64,000 nt of DNA. Origin: Lama guanicoe (taxonomy: Eukaryota). The position numbers and the translations under genes were made by a program. The notes below the pieces were generated by a model. The model saw only the letters and a list, made by a program, of their open reading frames with translations. It was not told the DNA's origin and ran no database searches. The stretch covers positions 25,988-89,987 of the forward strand of contig MU053588.1 in assembly GCA_013239625.1 (NCBI GenBank), read 5' to 3'. Below are positions 13,430 through 26,559 of the stretch, piece by piece (position 1 is the first letter of the stretch; each line of letters starts with the position of its first letter).

Positions 13430-13940
13430 GTGTTTATTTTCATCTGTTTGAGAATAACACAATTCATTCACCTGTTCTCCTGCGGATGAGCAGCTAGGTT
13501 TTTCTAGGGTTTTGCTGTTTAAACAGTGATGCTATTAACATTTTGGTAAATATCACAGGGTACACATGTGCAGAGATTCTTCTGTGTATAAATCAAGCGT
13601 AGAAGTACTAGACCATAGAGTAGGTGAATGTTTGACATTACTAGATAATCCTCAATTATTTTCTAAAATGATCATACTAATTTACATTTCTACCAGTAAA
13701 GCATAAAAGATTTTGTGGATCCACATCTCCTCCATCCTTCCCACATCCAGTGCCAATAACTTGGCATTACTGGACTTCAATTTTTGCCAATCATATAGAT
13801 TTACTTTGTGTGTCTCACATTTTGTGTGTCTCATGCATTTTCATGAGGTTGCACATTTTCTGTGTTTACTGCCCATATATGTTTCTACCATTTTGAAATT
13901 TCTGTTCATGGCTTCTGCCCATTTTTCAATTGGGATATGA
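13430..13940 (-). mobile_element. Old L1 (L1M) fragment
   Basis: Antisense L1 3' motifs (gctattaacattttggta, aatttacatttctaccag, ttctgcccatttttcaattgg). Confidence 0.6.
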
Positions 13941-14172
13941 GTACTTTAAACTGGTACGTAGGAAGAGTCATTTTTCTAAAAAAATAATCTTTATTCTAAA
14001 TTTAGGATTCTATTCCCAAGTAGAGTTGGCACACATAATTTTATATTATTATCCTTACTCTAGGAAAATCTTCTTTGCATCTGAAATTCAGAGGATATTA
14101 ATGGGCAACCATGTTCCTAACCTTCAAAAAATTATAATCCTGAATTGAACAATTTTAAACTCACTCAACCAT

Positions 14173-14241
14173 CGCGGCGGCGGCAGGGCAGCAGCGCGGC
14201 AGAGCAGCAGCGGCGGCGGCAGGGCAGCGGCGGCGGTGGCA
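14173..14241. repeat. Degenerate (GCG/GCAGG) GC-rich simple repeat
   Basis: cgcggcggcggcagggcagcagcgcggcag... embedded in AT-rich L1 sequence. Confidence 0.85.
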
Positions 14242-14246
14242 ATCAG

Positions 14247-14505
14247 CTCTAGAATAGGCAAATCTACAGATAGAATGCAGATTAGTGTTTTCTGAGGGCT
14301 CATACATGGGGTCAGGAATAAAAGAGGAAGCCTACTGTAATAGCTCAAGGGTATGGGGTTTCATTTTGAGGTCATGAAAATGTTCTAATATTGGTTGTGG
14401 TGATACATGCACAAATCTCTGAATATATTAAAAAACACTAAATTGTGTACTTTGGGTGAATTGTATGGTATTTGAATTATAGCTCAATAAATGTTATAAA
14501 AAATA
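14247..14505 (+). mobile_element. L1MB-type 3' end
   Basis: tctagaataggcaaatctacaga...gaaaatgttcta...gtgaattgtatggtatttgaattatagctcaataaa. Confidence 0.7.
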
Positions 14506-15371
14506 TGGAGCAGCAGAAAAAAAAAACTGGTCAATCGTTCTGTGGTTCCCTGCCTGCAGAAGCAGGTACCATATAAGCCAAAGCTGGGGGAAATAAAGGG
14601 AGCTATTAGACTAGATGTGATTTATAGTTCCCCTAAGCTGGAATAAATACAATGTTTTCTTGTGTCTTCCTACATTCAAACATCTCCTGAACTCACACAT
14701 AAAATGTGCAATAAAGAGGGAGAATGGATAAACCTCAGGGAACAGAGTTCTTCAGTAACGGACTCAGAGCAGTAAGGGACTCCACCTGCATTGGTGGAGG
14801 AATTAGACACTGCAGCAAAAAGCTTTCTAGCCAGGCCACCATTCTGTTGATGCAGATTGGGACTTGAGGTTGTGCCACTCAGACACACCCTTAGGAGATG
14901 CTCCTCCTCCACCTGCACTTTCTAGAGCTAAGAAGGGATAACACCATCCATACTAGAACCTCCTGCCTGGTCGCCACAGACAGAAAGTAGAAAATAGAAC
15001 TAACAAATCTTAGCAGCCTCTGCACCCCTAAAACTGTACCTGCCCGCATAGGTTTTCAGAATACATGTATACATTCCTGGAAGACGTGTGATCAGTCTTT
15101 AAGTGTGATATGGATTTATATTTTTTCCTTTAATTTTGTTAGTGTTTGCTTTATACACTTTGAAGCTACATACTTTGCTCAAAACAAAGTAAGTAGTGAT
15201 TTATCTTCCTTTGAAACGGCTCCTTACTATTATGAAATATGTTCCTGGCTTCAAATGTATTTTGGAGACACTAATTTTGATTGACTTTCACAAAGCATTA
15301 GTATACTACATCTTATTCTGTTCTTTTACCTTCAATCTTTCTGGGTCCTTTGATTTAAAATGTCTTTCTTA

Positions 15372-15505
15372 GCGGGAGGAGGTATATAGCTGAGTAGCAG
15401 GGTGCATGCATAGCATGAATGAGGTCCTGGGTTCAATCCCCAGTACCTCCCTATGTATGTATGTATAAATAAATAAATAAATCAAATTACTCCCCCTGCC
15501 CAAAA
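15372..15505 (+). mobile_element. tRNA-Ala-derived SINE (camelid Vic-1-like)
   Basis: A box tagctgagtagc, B box ggttcaatccc, (taaa)n tail. Confidence 0.8.
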
Positions 15506-15700
15506 CAAACAAAAATTTAATGTCTCCTTTATAAATAACAAAATTTAAAAATCCAGTTTGAAAGTATTTGTCTTTAATTTGGTGTTGATGCCCTTTATCT
15601 TTAAAGTACATTACAGAATTTGAGCCTGTTACGCTGCTTTTTGTTTCATATTTGTTCTTTATCATAATAGTACACAACCTCCAATCACCTTTAAAAATCT

Positions 15701-15815
15701 GGGCGGGAGGATATAGCTCAGTGGTAGAGCATATGTTTAGCATCCATGAGGTCTTGGGTTCATCCTCCAGTACCTCCATAATTCAATAAATAAATAGATA
15801 CCTAATTTTTTTCCT
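15701..15815 (+). mobile_element. tRNA-derived SINE (Vic-1-like)
   Basis: atatagctcagtggtagagc...gggttcatcctccagtacctcc plus A-rich tail. Confidence 0.8.
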
Positions 15816-16032
15816 TAAGAAACAGATAAAAGTAGACAAAATTCTATTACAAAGATATTAGAGTATTTTGTGATAATTGTAAATCTCTAAGGGTAGGCAA
15901 TAGGTTAAACTATGGTGAGCTATATGTTATCAATATCTATGTAGTATTTAACAATTATGACTGATCCATAGTAAATGTTCAGGAAAATTTTTTTGATGAA
16001 TTATTCATTGAGATAATCAGATTAAAAAAAAT

Positions 16033-16156
16033 TTGGGGGAGGTATAATTAGATTTTTTAAAAATTTATTTATCTACTTGAAGGTACTGGGGATTGAACCC
16101 AGGACCTTGTGCATGCTAAGCATGTGCTCTACCATTGAGCTATACACTCCCCCTCA
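16033..16156 (-). mobile_element. tRNA-derived SINE (Vic-1-like), inverted relative to the copy at 15701
   Basis: ggtactggggattgaacccaggacc...ctctaccattgagctata. Confidence 0.8.
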
Positions 16157-19100
16157 AGATTTTTAAAAGTGATTGGAGGTTGTGTACTATCATGATAAAG
16201 CACATAAAATCTATCATTCAAAATTCAGTTTGTAAATCTCATCTTTGGCTGTTACTAATTGTGTAGCCTTTTACCAAGTTACTTAACTGCCTGTATTTCC
16301 TCATCAGTAACATGGGAATAACACCATGATGACCTCAAAGTGTTGCTGTCTGGATCAAATTAAATAAAACACATAAAGTACTTTCAGTGCCATATAAAAA
16401 GCACCTAATGATGCCTAATAAACCTTGCCTGTTAACTTATAAAATTGTAAAGAATATTTCACATCCTTTGTTTGATTATTCTTTTAAAAAAATTCCCTCT
16501 GTGCTTCTCTTTTTTGCCACAGTAAAATTTTAGGTTTTTAGGTCTGTTCTTTCTTGAAATGTTAACTCATTTCAGAATCCAGCCTTGAGATTTCAATTTT
16601 TTCCTGATTAATAACTGCATCTGAGAGACGGAGCAGCTAGAATCAATAACACTTGGTGAATTACTGGATGTGGTGATTGAGGAAGAAGAAGGAATCAATG
16701 ATGACTCAGATTTCCAGAAAGACCAACTAGCTGAAGGGCAAGGCTATTAGCCTAGATCAGGGACAGGGGAAGAGGAATAAGATTGGGGACAAAATAAGTT
16801 TTTTTCAATCTAAAATTTAAAGAATCTGTATTATGCACCAGGGCTTTGCTGGTCCTGTACATGCATCTCACTTAATCTCAACAGCCTTCTGACGGAAGTC
16901 TTGTCATCAACCCCATTTGACAAAGGAGGAGATGGAACCACAGAGAGGTTGCGGGGTCTTAGAACAGTTTATGTTGAACTCTTCTGAGAAACTGTTAACT
17001 TACTTTCCAAAGTGCCTGCGCCACACCCACCAGAAATGCACGAAGGCTCGTTTTTCCACATCCTCACCAACATTTGTTAATGTCTGTCTTATTTATTATA
17101 GCCCTTCTAGTGGGTGTGTAATGGTTTCTTGTGGTTTTAAATTTCATTTTCCTAAAGACTAATGATGTTGAGAATCTTTCTATGAACTTATTAGCCATGC
17201 ATAGATATCCTCTTTGGAGAAATGTCTATTCAAATTGTTGGCATTTTTTAAAGCTTTTAAAGGAGAGAAAACATATCTGTGGAAGTTTTCTCAATAGACA
17301 GAATTAACTTCTACAAGGGCAGACATAGGACTGGAGTGTACAAATTACTTATAAAGGAATAGTGTAAACAGCACAGCTTTTTTAGAATGGAGGATCTCCA
17401 AAAGGTGGTGGAGGACGAGTGGGATGGGCAAAAAAAGTTGGTAAGTGGTCTTGAATGCCAGGTTGAGAAATGCTGCAGGAGAGGAATGGTAGTAAAAAGA
17501 GGCTAAATTTTGATGCCTAAAAGAAGTATTTGGGCTAAATATGTATGTACGAGTTTTCTTGTTCGTGGGGACATAACAGGATATATTCCTCTGTCTATGA
17601 TAGAGCTATGGGAAAAGAACAGATTCCAGTTCCATTTGGTTCATCTGCCTATCCAGGCAGAATTAAATAGAACTCATTTTTGATACATGGATATAGTTTC
17701 TACTGAAGATCACAAATCATTCTTCAATGAAGTTTATTCTCTTCTGCTCTTGGTTAATCCATCTCAATTAAAAACAACCTTGACATTCAGAAAAGCTTAT
17801 TACTTTCTTATTTCTTTCTTGAATTTTAATTACATTTTAATTTTCTTACTCTAAAATATCTGATTTGAGATATAAAAACAAACAGTTCAAACAGTTACTT
17901 TTCATCACATTTGGTACTCATGATACTGCAGATTCTGGAAAATTGTTTCTCTTTTTAGCCTTCTGTTCCCTAGTCTGCTTTTTCTATGCCATATATAAGA
18001 ACTTGCTCATGAGGAACCCATTCCTCCCCAGACGCTGTGATAAATGATTACTGGAAGTCAGCCCCATCACTGAAGACCATTCATTGACACTGAACAAAAT
18101 GAGCTGAAAGCTTCGTGTGCCTCAACTTCTCTAAAATTCTCTTATGTCTGAATAGGGGGCTGTTGGTAAAGACTAGGCAAAAAGTTCCCCAAAACTATTG
18201 ATTCTAAAGGGTACATCAAAAGGACAAGTAGAAATGATGTATATATGCTACAGGATTAGGGCTTCCGCCTCAGACCTACGTAAATGCTAGTGCCAAAAGC
18301 AATGGAAAGAAGGCACTTCCAAGTAAACTTCAACTACCTCACAGGTATGGACGTTCTCTCTTCCCTTTCCTTTGGGACAATTCGGACTTACAGCTAATTT
18401 GTCACTGAGTGCTCGATGTCTGTAAGAGGAAGAGAAAGAAGAGGAGGAGAAACCAACTGACCAGAGATTAGATAGGAAATCTTAAATTTCTTTGCCTCCA
18501 TGTTTTTGTTTTTGTTTCTCTTTGTTTTTTTTCTAGGGCTAGCAGAGGTCTGGAGGAAGCATTTTTAAAAACTAGGCACAATAATATTACTGTCAAAATA
18601 AAATTACAGATTTCCAAAACTATTTTGTACCTGGATTCGATTCACCTCATTTTCTTAGCCTGAAGGTGTTTCTGGAACACATGCAGTGATTATCTTCTTT
18701 CACTACATTTGGTTGGCATATATTTCTGTTACGTTTCTTTGTTTTCCATTTCCATACAATCCTGACATTAAGATGATGTCTGAAATTTCAATGATATCAA
18801 CATTACTGGATTAATGTCTCTCAAGTTTTTTAAAATAGCAGCAAAAATTTTACAAGGAACTTGCTATCTAAACATGTTCTTTTTAAGTTTGTTTGGATTT
18901 ACAAATTCCTGCTATTCATCAATGAGGAACTGTCATTATATAGTGTCTCCTATGAGTACCTGGTCCTGGGCACTTAAAGAGCCCAACTTTCAAAAGCTCC
19001 TGTGTTCAGATGAAGAGACAAGTCCTAAACTGAGCATGAAGTAAGCCCCCATTATGCCTAAGGCAATAAGCTGATGAAAACAACAGCATGAACTGTAACA

Positions 19101-19924
19101 ACGTATAGATACACAAGGGAGTGAGGTGCCTCCCTGCAGCAATGAAAGCAGACAATATTGAGCAAAGACAAATCCATCCATCTCCCATCTCTTGCTAGCC
19201 ACAAAGTCTATTTTTCAGTAAATTTTGTTTCAGATTGTTTTGTTGTTCTTATTACTTAATACAAAAAAGAGCCAATCCTTGCATTGAATGGAGCTTTTAA
19301 ATAATTTGGTGTGATTTTTCCATGAGTGGCAGATCAGCCCCTTCCTCCACTGCTGAATGTCAGTCAGTGTCATGGAAAGTTGTTTGGGGAAATACGTGGC
19401 CTTAGCACACTCAGGATTTTCCCACATAAATGCCATTTCCTGGTGTTTTCTTCCCTTGTGGTCAGAAAGTTCTTCGGGAGTCTTAAGTTTACATGTGTGC
19501 ATGGGAGCAGGGGGACTAGGGGAAATTAGCAATTTGGGTCAAAGTCCTAGATGACACTGTGTTTAGTGGTACCTAAAAATGCACTTCACTGGGGAGGCAA
19601 GAATAGCACATGTCATGACTTCACAGTGAAAAGCAGAGATGACTGGAAAGAGGAGTGCTGTCAGAAGTGATGCTGACAGGGAGGAAGAGTTTTAAGGGTA
19701 AACTGGAGGCAGATGTGAATAAACTGCTAAGCGAAAAAACATAAACATCTTGAGTAAGCTTTCTAAGTTGGAAATAGAAAACCAGAGAGTTTTTTCCTTA
19801 ATAGATTTCAGGCATCTTTTCATCCCTTACTGTTGACTTTCTCCTTTTTTCGTATAAAAATGGATGGAAAAGTGTTACCAAAGAGTGACAGATTATAATG
19901 GTGAAAAGCACAGCTCAGATCAGA

Positions 19925-20112
19925 GGTTCTCAAAGTATGACCCCTGGACCAGCAGTATCAACATCACATGGGAATGTGTTAGGAATGCAGATTCTCAGGC
20001 CATATTCCAGACCTACTGAGTCAGCAGTTTGGGGGCTAAGGCCACTAATTTGTGCTTTTGAGAAAAGCACTCCAGGTAATCTAGTGTGTACCAACATTGG
20101 AAAACCACTGGT
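19925..20112. mobile_element. MER5A-like hAT-Charlie DNA transposon
   Basis: ggttctcaaagt...atgcagattctcaggcc...cagacctactgagtcag...gaaaaccactg. Confidence 0.7.
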
Positions 20113-20451
20113 GTAGTGATGAAGGGTATGGTGTCTGGAGCCAGATGACCATATTACTTAGGGCAATTCATTTGTTTGTTTGTTTCTCATCTGTAAAATG
20201 GTGCCAGCACCAAGCTCACAGTGCAGCGATGAAGACTAAATAAGCAAAGTGTGTAAAATCCTTAGAAGAATGCTTGGCCACCGCCAGTGCTATAGAAATG
20301 TTTAGAGGAGGATGATGATGATGATAGGTGCTATTTTCTTTCTTTTTTTTTTTTTTTCCTTCACAGGCTTCATTTTACAGTTTACAGCAAGGCTTTGTGT
20401 TTACCAGGAGATCTTCTTTCCTAATATCTTAGAGTTATTTTCCGTGGCTCA

Positions 20452-20726
20452 AGGCAGTTTTTCTCAGCATGTGCTCCTTGGACCACTTGCATCAAAAACA
20501 CTTGTGGTGCTTATTAAAATGCAGATTCTTAACCCAGACCCAGAGCGATGATCAGAATTCTCTAGTGGTAATTCTGCATCCAGAAACAGTGCTATAGAAA
20601 TGTTTAGAGGAGGATGATGATGATGATAGGTGCTATTTTCTTTCTTTTTTTTTTTTTTTCTTCTACAGACTTCTTTTTTTACAGTTTACAGCAATTCTGC
20701 ATCCAGAAATTTCAAAACCAATGCCT
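20452..20726. mobile_element. MER5-like element interrupted by a templated insertion
   Basis: gcagtttttctcagc...aaaatgcagattc...; resumes after 20709 with tttcaaaaccaatgc. Confidence 0.55.
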
Positions 20727-22474
20727 TGGATAACAAGGACTGTGATCTTCATTTTGCAAACAGGCACATGAGGCATAGGGGTAGCATATGCTTAGGGAAA
20801 TCCAGAGTCTCAGTAAGACCAGGAATAAGAACTGGATTTCTGACTTTGTGTTATAGTAACAGATTATGCATCTTCTTTGTGGCTTTATTTGCTGTATCGA
20901 GAGTTTGATTTGGGTTGTGCCACTTTGTTTACTGAGACGTAGCACTATTTAATCTAAAAATAACATTTACCTTATAAATCTAGAACTATCAAGAATGATG
21001 AGTTCCTGGAAAATACACCTGGACCATTATCCATCACTCAGCTAAAATTGGTTCAGTTGTGGCTATATCTAATACATCTCTCTTGTGTTACAGATGAAGC
21101 AAAAGGGCTCAGAGAAGTTGAAAAAAGTGTCAAAAGTCACATGACTAGGTATCGGCAGAGCAGAAGAGTAGAGCTTGGTCTCCCAACTGCCAATCCAGTG
21201 TCCTTTCACCATATCCCACTGTCCTAATCCTTGCTGATTTCATGATTTAAAGCAGCACTTAAAATTTTTAAATAATTTTACCTATACTGCTCACATAAAA
21301 TCTGCTCTAAGCAGTTTTTTTCACCTCCTTTAATTTCTTTTACTTAAAGATATGCTAGCATCACATCTTTTTTTTTTATAATAGTGGTAAATCAATAATC
21401 TACTGACAACTAATAACTCAAAGCTCCATTGCATATTGCTTTTTCAACAGTGTGAATCTGACTGTTCTAAAGCAATTAGATTGACTCTTGGGGCTGTGAT
21501 GGAAATGCTTTGGGCCTTTTCACACAGTGCCTACAGGTCTTGTATATATTGTTCTATCACAGTCAAGCTCCCACATAGTGTTAATATGCATTTAGATAAC
21601 ATAGTTCTTAATTTGAGGCCACACAAGGGTATTTATCTGCTCTACAAATCACCTCCATGTAATCGGTGGTGGTCGGGAGGTGCTAATCATGACAGGATCA
21701 CTTGATTATCTTATAAGATGATTTTCTTTTTGTCTCAATTATTTGCACTTTTTATATGATAAATGAACTTTATCTTAATGCAGTCATCTGTCTCCATTCC
21801 TCTTTCCTTCTAAGAGTGGAATACTGGCAGTCTCAGTGCACTCGTACACGACTCCCTCTACCCAAGATTAGTTTCTTTTCATCTTACCTTTAGCTAGTTT
21901 GCTACTACTTATTACCTAGTTAGCTACTCCTCAATCTTTAGGTCTCACTTCAAGTGTTAACTTCTCATTGAATTCTTTCTTTTTTTAATCTTTCTATGGA
22001 AGAATCTCCCTGCCCCCATACCATGCACTCTTTGTAACTTTACAGTGTTTATTTCTTCATGGCACTTATCACCATATGTAACTGTAAAAGTTATTTGTTT
22101 GCTTTTTTATTATCTCTCTATCCACCTAAGACACATATAAGGTCCGTGTGTCTATCAGGTAGATGTTTGTCCCTGTACTAAGCACAACGCCTGATACGTA
22201 GTTCAATCAACATTTGTGGAATGAATAATATGTCTGTGAGTTGGTGTGGAATTTTACAGTCTGCTTAGAGGGGCATGAGTATGTGTTATATCTTGGTCCC
22301 TTATAAAAACTTCTTTTGAGTTACCTCCTTCAGGGATGGGCACTAACATAGACATAGGGTTGTCTACCTACTCAGTTAGCTTGACTCCTGACCCCCAAGA
22401 GCATTTGGACCGTAGTACCTTATTTTAAGTGGATCCATGTTGTCTAGAGCATCCTAGATCATGATGCACTATTT

Positions 22475-22800
22475 TCCAGAGCTTGAGTTCTCTGGTAGCC
22501 TCTGGCCACAGGTGGTTATTGAGCATGTGAAATGTGACTAGTGTGAAGTGCCATATGCCGTGAGTATAAAATACACATTGGATTTTGAAGATTTAGTACA
22601 AAAAAGATAGAATATCTCATTAATAATTGTTGTATTGTTTAATTATTGAAATGACACATTAGGCTGAATAAAATATATTACTACATTTAATTTCATTTTT
22701 TTCTTTTTACTTTTTAAATGTACTACTGGAACATTTAAGGTTACATGTATTGATCAAATTTGCGGCTCACAGTATATTTCTATTGGGCAGTGATGTTCTA
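22475..22800. mobile_element. MER33/MER3-like hAT-Charlie element
   Basis: ttgagcatgtgaaatgtgactagt...gtataaaatacacattggattttgaagatttagtac...atttctattgggcagtg. Confidence 0.65.
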
Positions 22801-24569
22801 GACCTAACTAGTTCACCTCTGTTGTTTGGCGATGCAGACTGAAGGTGATCCACTGAAGGGAATGCCAAAATTGCAAGAGCCTTTCATAGCCTGCTTCACT
22901 CTTGTTAGATGTGTGCTAGGGGAAGGGCTGGCACTTCTGGAGAGTGGCTCAGGTGCCATTTCAGGACTCCCTGAATGTCAAATCATGAGGCCCACATACA
23001 GTTCGTGTCCCAAGACACAGAAACTTTAAATGTCTTGCCAGTGGTCATACATGTTGCTTAAAATAATGCTGGGACCAGAACCCAGGTCTTTCAATAATAC
23101 TGAGTCATTGAATTACTTACAGAAGCACCTACTAATAAAATTACATCTTCCTTTTAAAATGTAATAGTAGAAAAATTTAAAGAATTGTTAATAAGTTATG
23201 CAGGCTTTCCAAAAAAATCAATTAATAAGGAAATTACACTTCAGTCTTCAGATGATTAAATAGAGAGAAAATCATATTGTATACATTGATAAATTAAAGA
23301 AACAGAGATTCCTGTTATTACTGCCACATGTACTATAGTAGAGGATTAAAATGAGATGACCTTTATTTAGTAAAGGAGTGTATGTTGCAAAGCAAAATTT
23401 TAAGAAGTCAAATATGAACATGAAACCTACTTGTAAATAAACACAAATCTAATAATGATTATTTGCATAGCTATAAAAACTCCCTTGGAGACCATACATT
23501 GCAGTTTGGAAAACTGATTGCTATGTCTTATTCCAAAAGCCCTCACCACTGACATATCAGACTTCTCTTCTTAGGTACGGAGAAGGATTTTTAAATAATT
23601 AGCAACATCATCATAATCTTCTGGTTCATTCACTAATTTGGCAAACATTTATTTGGAATCTACTGTATGCCAGGCATCTGTGTGTTCTAGGTGCCCAAGA
23701 TACTACGGTGACCAATGCAGACAAATCTTTGCTCTTTGGAGCTTACATTTCCATGCTTAGGTATTTTCTCAACAAGGAGAACAAAATAAGATGGCAAAGT
23801 AAGTCTAAGCAGAGCTACCTTAAAATGCCACAGGTGACTTTTTTTTTTAAGTTGGGAATTGAAGTGAATTTGAGATTTTTCTATATGCTTTTCTTGGGGA
23901 ATTTGAAAATGGAGGTGCAAATGGAAGGTGCAAAGGCATAAAACACTACCTATCCAGCACTAATTAGTATTTCCAGAATGAAAATGTTAGAAGACACTCT
24001 TAAAGCTTCAAATAAAACAATGAGGCTGTGTTAGGGATTTTCCAATCATTTTTGGGAGGGGCTTGGCATACTTATTCAGCTTTTCTTTCTTCAGCTGGGA
24101 TACCCCAACCAGATGTTTCAGTTCTTACATCCACTAATGCTAGGAACTCCCAGTCAGAACGCCTTCCCTTCTCACTCAACACAGACTCACTCTCTTTCAT
24201 TCTCTCACAGTCCGAGTCCTGACCCTGCCCATGTTGTCTCCCTCACGTGCCCACACTCTCACAGGTTCCCCTTCATCCCTTTCAGAGGTTCCTTAAATAT
24301 GGCACTTTTTCTTAAAGTTCAGCCGGTAGCTGTCTCCATACTCCCTTATAGCTAAGACCTCGGCAAGCAGGGTTTAATCATTTCTTTCACCGACAACAAG
24401 GAGGAAGATTTGATAATTTGCCTAAAATGAGCAGATGCTCGAGAGGACATGTCTCCATCCTACGTCCCTCCCCTCCGATTTAAGTCTCCAATGAAACTAC
24501 TTTCTCCCTCTTTTCCAAGCAAAAAAGGCTGCTTTAACTAAGCATGCAAGACGCCAACACTCTCCTCCT

Positions 24570-25657
24570 CAGTACGCGCAAGTTTCCTTCGCTCTGAGCC
24601 AGCAAAGCTTTGCTTGTCCCCTCACTCCCGCCCACCCTTCCCCCCGCCACTCGGGTTCTCGAGTCATCAGGGAAGGCGAGTGGGTTGAAAGGACTCAGTG
24701 CGGCTACACTCCGCAGCCACCGCCTCCTCCCAGCCGCCGAGGGTTCGGCGCTGGACTCCCGCCCAGCCCAGCAAATGGCAGTCGGATGATTGACAGCGAA
24801 GCCGGCCAAACAGGGAGCAAGACAACTCGAAACCGAAACCGCCCTACAAGGGTTTGGTTGCGGCCAAGCTGCCTCTTTAAACCGGCTTTCCTCCCGAGAG
24901 CACGGAGAGGCGGAAGTGCGGTTTGCGGCCAAACCTAAAGCCTCCAATTAGCCAGCTGACTGGCCCCCTCGGCTCAAGAGAGACAAACGTCTTAACAGAA
25001 ACCCTTGCTCTCTGGGACTCGCTGCTGAGCTCGCGGTGCGGGTTCGTGTGCGCGCGTTCCGCGCCTTGGGGCGAAGCGAATGAGGAGCCACTGCCGGGAG
25101 GTGGGAACGACCTGCCACGGGTGAGATGATGGAGCAGCGTCTTCGGCGGCAGCAGCGGCGGCGGCAAGTGGCGGCGGCGGCGGCAGGGCAGCGGCAAGCA
25201 GCGGCGGCGGCAGGGCAGCGGCGGCGGCAGGGCAGCGGAGGCGGCAGGTTAGCAGCGGCGGCAGCGGCAGGGCAGCGGCAAGCAGCGGCGGCAGGGCGGC
25301 AGCGGCTCTCGAACACACCTCAATGAAAGCGGCGGTGGAAGCTGCTGAGCAGAAAGACGTAAGCAAGCTAACTAGCTGGCGGCAGCGAGAGGGGATGTAA
25401 CCTTTTCGGCTCAAGGCTGCGAGGTGCGTAACCCTGAGCGGACCCAATGCCAGCGTTGCCACAGGTGATTTGATTTCCTGTGACGGTAGCTTAGTCAGCC
25501 AGGCGTATTTCGTAACATTTTTACTTTAAAGTCCTTTTGGACTAGGTGCCATCTGGAGCAGGGGCAAGACCCCTAGTAAAAGTCGTACTGTTGATAGACT
25601 GACGACCAAAATTTTAAGTGTCTCTTCCCGTAACCTCCTCTCCGCTCTGCGAGGCAG
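24570..25657 (+). promoter_or_regulatory. GPR158: CpG-island promoter and 5' UTR of the GPR158 copy
   Basis: Dense CpG directly upstream of the GPR158 ATG; GC boxes (cccgccc about 24627, 24758), ETS site gcggaagtg 24910-24918, CCAAT 24944-24948. Confidence 0.75.
25143..25305. repeat. Degenerate GCG/GCAGGGCA GC-rich tandem repeat in the 5' UTR region
   Basis: Units such as gcggcggcggcagggca seen directly; same motif as 14173-14241. Confidence 0.85.
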
Positions 25658-26559
25658 ATGGGAGCCATGGCTTACCCCTTACTCTTCTGCTTCCTGCTCG
25701 TTCATCTGGGATTGGGAGTTGTTGGCGCTACCCGCGACCCTCCGGGTCGGCCGGATTCCCCTCGAGAGAGCACCCTGAGGGCGAAACAGCACTCCCAGCA
25801 GTGGGCTCGAGCCTCTGCCTCGGACGCCTCAGCTCCCTGGAGCCGCTCCACCGACGGGACCATCTTGGCGCAGAAACTCGCCGAGGACGTGCCCATGGAC
25901 ATGGCCTCTTACCTCTACACCGGGGACTCCCACCAGCTGAAGCGAGCCAACTGCTCCAGTCGCTACGAGTTGGCGGGCCTGCCGGGAAAGTCGCCTGCCC
26001 TAGCCAGCTCCCATCCCTCCTTGCACGGGGCGCTGGACACGCTGACACACGCCACCAACTTCCTCAACATGATGCTGCACAGCAATAAGTCGCGGGAACA
26101 GAACTTGCAGGATGACCTGGACTGGTACCGGGCACTAGTGCGGAGCCTCCTGGAGGGTGAGCCCAGCATCTCCCGGGTGGCCATCACCTTCAGCACGGAG
26201 TCGCTGTCCGCGCCGGCCCCGCAGGTCTTCCTCCAGGCTACACGCGAGGAGAGTCGCATACTGCTCCAGGACCTGTCCTCCTCGGCACACCACCTGGCCA
26301 ACGCCACGCTGGAGACCGAGTGGTTCCACGGCCTCCGGCGCAAGTGGAGGACCCACTTACACCGCCGCGGCTCCAATCAGGGGCCCCGGGGCCTGGGCCA
26401 TAGCTGGCGGCGCAGGGACGGACTTAGCGGGGACAAGAGCCATGTCAAGTGGTCCTCGCCTTATCTGGAGTGCGAGAACAGGAGTTACAAGCCCGGGTGG
26501 CTGGTCACTCTCTCCGCTGCTTTCTATGGGTTGCAGTCTAACCTGGTCCCGGAATTCAG
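25658..26559 (+). CDS. GPR158: GPR158 (class C orphan GPCR/metabotropic glycine receptor) coding exon 1: signal peptide plus most of the extracellular Cache domain; apparently an orphan duplicate
   Basis: MGAMAYPLL...NLVPEFR is colinear with GPR158. 902 nt, donor AG|gtaagg (phase 2). No later GPR158 exon was recognised in the window. Confidence 0.95.

Noticed and set aside
15372..16156. tRNA-Ala-like sequences (also at 45241, 54329, 55621, 63902)
   Set aside because: Degenerate stems, AT-rich tails and TSDs mark them as SINE copies, not tRNA genes.
24877..25462. Poly-Ala/Arg/Pro ORFs on both strands
   Set aside because: By-products of a stop-free GC repeat and CpG island; no protein signature.
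25306..25600. Possible structured ncRNA (short hairpins agtcc-tttt-ggact, cacagg...cctgtg)
   Set aside because: Stems are short, and the stretch looks like a noisy GPR158 5' UTR; no recognisable RNA family.
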